From the NCBI RefSeq assembly GCF_036321535.1, contig NC_087436.1, forward strand, positions 95,048,001 to 95,112,000: DNA of 64,000 nucleotides, in the 5' to 3' direction. Position 1 is the stretch's first letter, and each line of letters starts with the position of its first letter. Source of the stretch: Camelus dromedarius. Its lineage: Eukaryota. Both the position numbers and the translations under genes were made by a program. Below the pieces are notes generated by a model. That model did no database searches and had not been told where the DNA came from. It saw only the letters and a program-made list of their open reading frames with translations. Positions 63,551-64,000 of the stretch are shown piece by piece.

Positions 63551-64000
63551 AGGTGGCTCAATACATCAAACTGGAAACTAAGTGCCAAGGATACCTTTGT
63601 GCTTAGGACTAGAGAGAGGCAGGGCTTCCTTAGTTCTGGGGTCTTAGTGCAGTCTGGATCTGCTGTTGGCTCAGAAATTCCTAGGGCGAATATGATGTCA
63701 TCATAGAATTGTTTTAGTGAAACGTTCCTGGATATTATGCTTGATACTTCTCATTCTAGTCCTCATTCTGGGACGTTCAACCTTGCACATGAAGAGCTCT
63801 CCTCTGTTCATTCACTACATGCTTTTTGAGCACCTACTGTGTGCCAAGAATTCTGCTACTCATTGGCAAAAAAACATGTAGTCAGTGGAGAATCAGATTA
63901 GGGAACCCCCAATTCCAACCGAGCGTCAAGTTAACATGATAGAAGCACTCATGGGGGACTTGGGGAGCAAAATGGGGAAATCCTCATTCAGAGGACATGT

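Overview
Mammalian genomic DNA, most likely a camelid: it has young artiodactyl-type L1 3' ends and no recognisable Alu, B1/B2, Bov-A/tA or PRE-1 SINEs. The window holds the head-to-head KLHL5/TMEM156 locus. On the + strand, six coding exons of TMEM156 (27172-62387) are supported by recognisable protein sequence and GT-AG boundaries; the last exon probably lies beyond the window. On the - strand, a CpG-island promoter with a short first exon (donor at 14637) is assigned to KLHL5 by synteny only, with 1-14637 as its intron 1. The rest is typical repeat-rich intron and intergenic DNA (L1, L2, MIR, MaLR/ERV LTRs, MER20, MER5A, a Tigger-type MITE, microsatellites). I found no novel multi-gene system and no CRISPR or prokaryote-type features. 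Points worth follow-up: a 3'UTR-only retrocopy in sense inside the KLHL5 intron; a MER41-like solo LTR upstream of TMEM156; TMEM156 C-terminal read-through past the human stop; an RTRR furin-type motif; phase-1 symmetric exons; in-frame uORFs; and a perfect 19-bp hairpin at an L1 deletion junction. Repeat family names come from recalled consensus sequences, their boundaries are approximate, and human comparisons are from memory and need checking.
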